A DNA stretch of 64,000 bases. Source: the human T2T-CHM13v2.0 reference genome, Homo sapiens. Below the pieces are notes generated by a model, which was given only the letters and a program-made list of their open reading frames with translations, was not told the DNA's origin and ran no database searches. Within the stretch, counting starts at the first letter, position 1. Each line of letters starts with the position of its first letter. The DNA lies in the NCBI RefSeq assembly GCF_009914755.1, contig NC_060940.1; one strand, 5' to 3'. The translations under genes and the position numbers were made by a program. Positions 58,396 to 64,000 of this stretch are shown here, one piece after another.

Positions 58396-61300
58396 ATGAT
58401 TCCTTTCGATTGCATTCGATTATGATTCATTTCTTGTTCATTCTATGGTTCCACAGGTTTCCATTCGTGTCCATTCCATTATTCCATTCTATTCCATTTG
58501 ATGATGATTCCATTCGATTCCATTCATTGGTGATTCCACTCAATTCCATTCAATGATTCCATTCCATTTCTTTCAACAATGATTCCATTAGTTTCTAATC
58601 GATGATCCACTTGATACCATTTGACGACGATTCCATTCTTGTCCATTCGATGATTCCATTTGATTCCATATGATGATGATTCCATTCGATTCCATACGAT
58701 GATGATTCCATTCGAGTCCATTCAATGGTGATTCCATTCAATTCCATTCGATGATTCCTTTCGATTCCATTCGATGATGATGGCATTCGATTCCTTTCAA
58801 TCATTCCCTTTGATTGCATTCAAAGGTGATTTTATTCAAGTCTATTCGATAATTGCATTCGATTCCATTCTATGATGATTCCATTCGAGTCCATTTGATG
58901 ATTCCATTCAATTCAAGTCAATGATGATTCCATTCGATTCCATTCGATGATTCCATTGGATTCCATTGGATGATGATTCCATTCAAATCCATTCGATAAT
59001 TCAATTCAAGTCCATTCGATGATGATTCCAATCGAATCCATTCAAAGATTCCATTCAGTTCCATTCGATGATTCCCTTAGATTCCATTCGATGATGCCAC
59101 TTGATTCCATTTACGATGATTCCTTTTGATTCCATGTGATGATTCCATTCAATTCTATTCAATGATGTTTCCATTTGATTCCATTCGATCATGATTGCCT
59201 TTGATTCCATTCAATGATTCCATTCGGTTCCTTTTGATGATGATTCCGTTCGATTCCATTTGATGATTCCATTTGATTCCATTGGATGAGTCCATTCGAT
59301 TACATTCGATGATTATTCCACTCGAGTGCATTAGATGATTCCATTCGAGTCCATTCGATGATTCCATTCTATTCCATTCGATGTTGATTCTGTTCAAATC
59401 CATTCGATGATTCCACTCGATTCCATTCGATGACTCCATTTGATCCCATTCGATGATTTCCTGTGATTCCCTTTGATGATCATTCCATTTGATGCAATTC
59501 GGTGATTTCATTGGATTCCATTCAGTGATGTTTCCATTCGACTCCATTCGATGATGATTCCATTCGACTCCATTCGATTATGATTTCATTCAATTCCATT
59601 CGATAATGATTCCCTTCGAGTCCATTCGATGATTCCATTCGATTCCATTCAACGATGATTTGATTCGTGTCCATTCGATGATTCCATTTGATTCCACTTG
59701 ATGATGATTCCATTCGAGTCCATTTGATGATTCCATTCAATTCCATTCTCCGATGATTTCTTTTGAGCCCACTCAATGCTTCCACTCGATTCCATATGAT
59801 GATGACTCCATTCGATGAAATTCGATGATGATTCCATTCGCTTCCTTTCGATGATGATTCCACTTGAGTCCGTTAGAAGATTCTAATCAATTACATTCCA
59901 TGACGATTCCGTTCGAGTCCATTTGATGATTCCATTAGACTCCATTCGACGATGATTCCATTCGATGTTATTCGATGATTCCATTCGATCTCATTCGATG
60001 ATGATTCCATTCAACTCCATTCGATGTTTCCATTTGAGTTCATTCTATTATTCCATTAGATTCCATTCGATGATGATTCCATTCGCTTCCATTTGATGAT
60101 TGCATTCTATTTCAATAGATGATGATTCCATCCGAGTCCACTCAATGATTCCATTCGAGTCCATTTAATGAATCCATTGGTTTCAATTCTATGATGATTA
60201 CATTGGATTCCATTCGTTGATGATTTCATTCGATTCCATTCAATGATGATTCCATTCAATTCCTTTCAATGTTTCCATTCAATTCCATACGATGATGATT
60301 CCATTTGATTTGATTCGACAGTGAGCCATTCGATTCAATTCCATGATGATTCTATTTGATTCCATTGGTTGACATTTCCATTCGATTCCATTCGATGATG
60401 ATTCCCTTTGATTCCATTCAAAGATGATTCCATTCTAGCCCATTCAATCATTCCATTCGATTCTATTCAATGATGATTCCATTCATGTCGATTTGGTGAT
60501 TCCATTTGACTTCATTTGATGATGATTCCTTTCAAGTTCATTAGATGATTTCATTCGATTCCATTTGATGATGATCCCATTCGAGTCCATTCAGTGATTC
60601 CATTCGTTTCCATTCCATGATGATTCCATTCCATTGCATGCAATGATTCCATTCGATTCCGTTTGATGATGATTTCATTCGAGTCCATTTGATGATTCCA
60701 TTTGATATGGTTCGATGATGATTCCATTCGAGTCCATTCGATGATTTTATTCGAATCCATTTGGTGATTTCTTTTGATTATAGTTGGTGATGATTCCATT
60801 GGAGTCCATTCAATGATTCCATTCGATTCCAATCGATGGTGATTCCATTAGAGTCCATTTAATGATTCCATTTGATTCCAGTCTCTGATGATTACATTCG
60901 AGTCCATACGATGATTCCACTCAATTCCATATCATGATGATTCCATTCGATTCCATTCGATGATTCCATTCTATTCTATTCAATGGTGATTCCATTCGAG
61001 TACATTAGATGATTCCATTCGATTCCATTCAATGATGATTCTATTTGTGTCCCTTAGATGATTCCACATGATTCCATTAGATGATGATACTATTTGAGCC
61101 CATCCAATGATTCCCTTCGATTCCATTCGATGAGGATTCCATTCGATTCAATTCATTGGTGACTCTATTCAATTCAATTCTTTGATTCCATTCCATTCCA
61201 TTAGACAATGATTCCATTCGATTTCTTTCGATGATTCCACTCGATTCCACTTGACATTGATTCCATTAGATTCCATTCAATGATTCCATTTGATTCCAGT

Positions 61301-64000
61301 GGATGATGATTGCCATCGATTCCGTTCGATCACTCCATTCTATTCCATTTGATGATGATTACATTCGATTCCATTTGATGATTCCATCTGATTCTATTCG
61401 AGGATTCCATTTGATTCCATTCGATGATGATTCCATTCGAGTCCATTCGATGATTTCATTCGAGTACATCCAATGATTCCATTCGAGTCCATTTGATGAT
61501 TCCATTTGATTCTATTTGATTATGATTCTACTAGAGTCCATTCAATGACTCCATTCGAGTCCATTCAACAATTCCATTCGACTCCATTCGATGATTCCAT
61601 TCGATTGCATTTGAGGATTCCATTCGAGTCCATTTAATCATTACAGTCGAGTCCATTTGGTGATTCCACTGGATTTCTTTTGATAATGATACCATTCAAT
61701 TACATTTGATGATGATCCCATTCAATTTCATTTGATGATGATTCCATTAGAGTCCATTCGATGATTTCATTCGAGTCCCTTCATTGATTCCATCCGATTT
61801 CATTGGATGATGACTCCATTCGAGTCCCTTTTCCACTCGATTCCATTAGATGATTCCATTGGAGTCCATTTGATTGTTCCATTTGATTCCATTCGATTCC
61901 TTTCGAAGATTATTCCATTTGAGTCCATTCGATGATGATTCCATTCCATTCCATTCGATGATTCCGTTTGATTCCATTCAATGATTCCCTTCGAATCCTT
62001 TCTTTGATGATTCCATTCCATTCCATTCAATGATTCCATTCGAATCTATTCCATGATGATTCCTTTCGATTCCATTCGCTGATGTTTCCGTTCAATTCCA
62101 TTCGATGATGATTCCATTCGATTCCATTCATTGAGGATTCCATTTGATTCCATTCAATGATGATTCCATTCTATTCCATTCAATGATTTCATTCAATTCC
62201 ATTCAATGATTATCCCATTAGAGTAAACTCAATGATTCCATTCAATACCATTCGATGATGATTCCATTTGAGTCCATTCAATGATTTCATTCAAGTCCAT
62301 TTGATGATTCCTTTCAATTCCATTCTATGATGATTCCATTCGAGTCCATTCGATGGTTCCATTCGATTGCATTCGATGATTCCATTATATTCCATTCAAC
62401 GACGATTCCATTCGAGTCCATTCGATGATTCCATTAGAGTACATTTAATGATTGCTTTGTTTTCAATTCGAAGATGATTACATTCGATTCCATTCTATGA
62501 TACCATTCGATTCCATTCAATGATGATTCCACTCAAATCCATTGGATGATTCCATTCGTGTCCATTCGGTGATTTCATTAAATTCCATTCGAGGATGATT
62601 CCATTCGATTCCATTCGATGATTCCATTCAATTCCATTCGACGATGATTCCATTCGAGTCCATATGATCATTCCATTTGATTTCATTCGATGATGATTCC
62701 ATTCGATTCCATTCGATGATTCCATTCTATTCCATTCGATGATGATTCCATTCGAGTCCATTCGATGATTCCATTCGAGTCCATTTAATGATTCCATTGG
62801 GTTCAATTCAATGATGATTACATTGGATTCCGTTCTATGATTCCATTCAATTCCGTTCATTGACAATTTGATTCCATTCGATGATGATTCCATTTGAGTT
62901 CATTCGATGACTCTATTCGATTCCCTTCGATGGTGATTCAATTCTATTATATTGGATGATTTGATTCCATTCGATTCCATTTGATGTTGATTCAATTCGA
63001 TTCTATTCGATGATGATTCCATTGGATTTCACTTGATGATTCTATTCGATTCCATTCAATGATGATTCACTTCTCGTCCATTGGATGATTCCATTTCATT
63101 CCATTCGATGATGATTCCATTCGATTCCATTTGATGATTCCATTTGATTCCATTCGACGGTGAGCAATTCGATTCAATTCCATGATGATTCTGTTTGATT
63201 CAATTAGATGATGTTTCCATTCGAATCCATTCCATGATTATTCCATTGGAATCCATTTGGCGATGATTCCATATGAGTCAATTCAACGATGATTCCATAT
63301 GGGTCCGTTCGATGATAATTCCATTTGATTTCATTCGATGCTTCTATTCTATTCCAGTCGATGATGATTCCGTTGGAGTCCATACGATGATTCCATTTGA
63401 TTTCATTTGATGATGATTCCATTCGATGATGATTACATTGGATTCCATTCTATGATTCCATTCAATTCCATTCGTTGATGATTCGATTCCATTCAATGAT
63501 GATTCCATTTGAGTTCATTCGATGATTCTATTCGATTCCGTTTGATGGTGATTCAATTCTATTATATTGGATGATTCCACTCGATTCCATTTGATGATTA
63601 TTCCATTGGAGTCCACTTAGTGAATCCTTTAGATTCTACTCGAAGATGATTCCATTCGAGTCCATTCGACGATACCATTCAATTCCATTCGTTGATGCTT
63701 CCATTCAAGTGCATTCGATGATATCATTCGATTCCATTTGATGATAATTCCATTTGATTCCATGCGATGATTCTATTCGATTCCATTCAATGATAATTCC
63801 ATTCAATTCAGTGATTCCTCTGGACTCCATTTGATGATGATTCCATTCAATGATTCCATTCGATTCTATTCGAAAATGATTCCATTTGAATCCATTTGAT
63901 GATGATTCCATTAGATTCCATTTAATGATTCCATTCTATTCTATTCGATGATGATTCCATTCGATTCCATTTGATGATGATTGGATTCGATTCCATTGGA
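58396..64000 (+). repeat. Unit 10 (partial; sister of unit 6: -6, +5, -49)
   Basis: Offsets versus unit 1 step 58395, 58389, 58394; 49-bp deletion near 63925; shares private variants with unit 6. Confidence 0.9.

Larger units (their letters stand above)
1..64000 (+). repeat. Human satellite II (HSat2, probably HSat2B / chr16q pericentromeric) tandem array, CATTC-rich strand on +
   Basis: Diverged (CATTC)n with recurrent CATTCGATTC, CATTCGAGTC and GATGATGATTCC across the whole window, as 23/26-bp monomers with dense TCGA. The period is 6112 bp (ORF starts 129, 6241, 12353, 18465). The chr16 HSat2B call rests on the known ~6.1-kb period of that array. Confidence 0.95.

Noticed and set aside
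129-63911. About 160 short minus-strand ORFs (60-132 aa, MESSNGIEWNH-like)
   Set aside because: These are translations of the GGAAT strand, which is ATG-rich and stop-poor. They overlap in several frames, have low complexity and no recognisable domains, and are freely broken by stops and frameshifts between units.
1-64000. CRISPR-like or prokaryotic repeat-spacer system
   Set aside because: There are no unique spacers between constant repeats and no cas or other genes; the DNA is continuous degenerate satellite.
1-64000. HSat3 or alpha-satellite identity
   Set aside because: There are no long pure (CATTC)n runs of the HSat3 type and no 171-bp monomers. CATTCGA-rich 23/26-bp monomers indicate HSat2.
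1-64000. Strand inversion or transposon (Alu/L1) insertion in the array
   Set aside because: The CATTC strand stays on + throughout. All unit length differences are accounted for by the listed indels, leaving no room for foreign sequence.

Overview
The entire 64 kb window is one uninterrupted, single-orientation array of CATTC/GGAAT-derived satellite DNA. It is built from ~23- and 26-bp monomers such as GATTCCATTCGATTCCATTCGAT(GAT) and has the CATTCGA/TCGA-rich signature of human satellite II (HSat2). The monomers are organised into a 6,112-bp higher-order unit, which fits the ~6.1-kb HSat2B array of chromosome 16 pericentromeric heterochromatin; that assignment is from prior knowledge and was not checked by alignment. 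There are nine complete unit intervals (6112, 6112, 6112, 9960, 6076, 6039, 6112, 5766 and 6106 bp) plus a partial tenth. I find no genes, RNA genes, transposons or CRISPR arrays, and I cannot support a new protein-encoding system: the listed ORFs are by-products of the repeat. What is interesting is the array's evolutionary record. It shows a near-identical three-unit block, a 3,849-bp out-of-register tandem duplication, two multi-unit segmental duplications (offsets ~18.2 and ~24.0 kb), recombinant units, short gene-conversion-like patches, monomer-sized indels at recurrent sites, older duplications inside the unit, and a DUX4-type motif at the same position in most units. All comparisons were made by eye plus ORF-track offsets.
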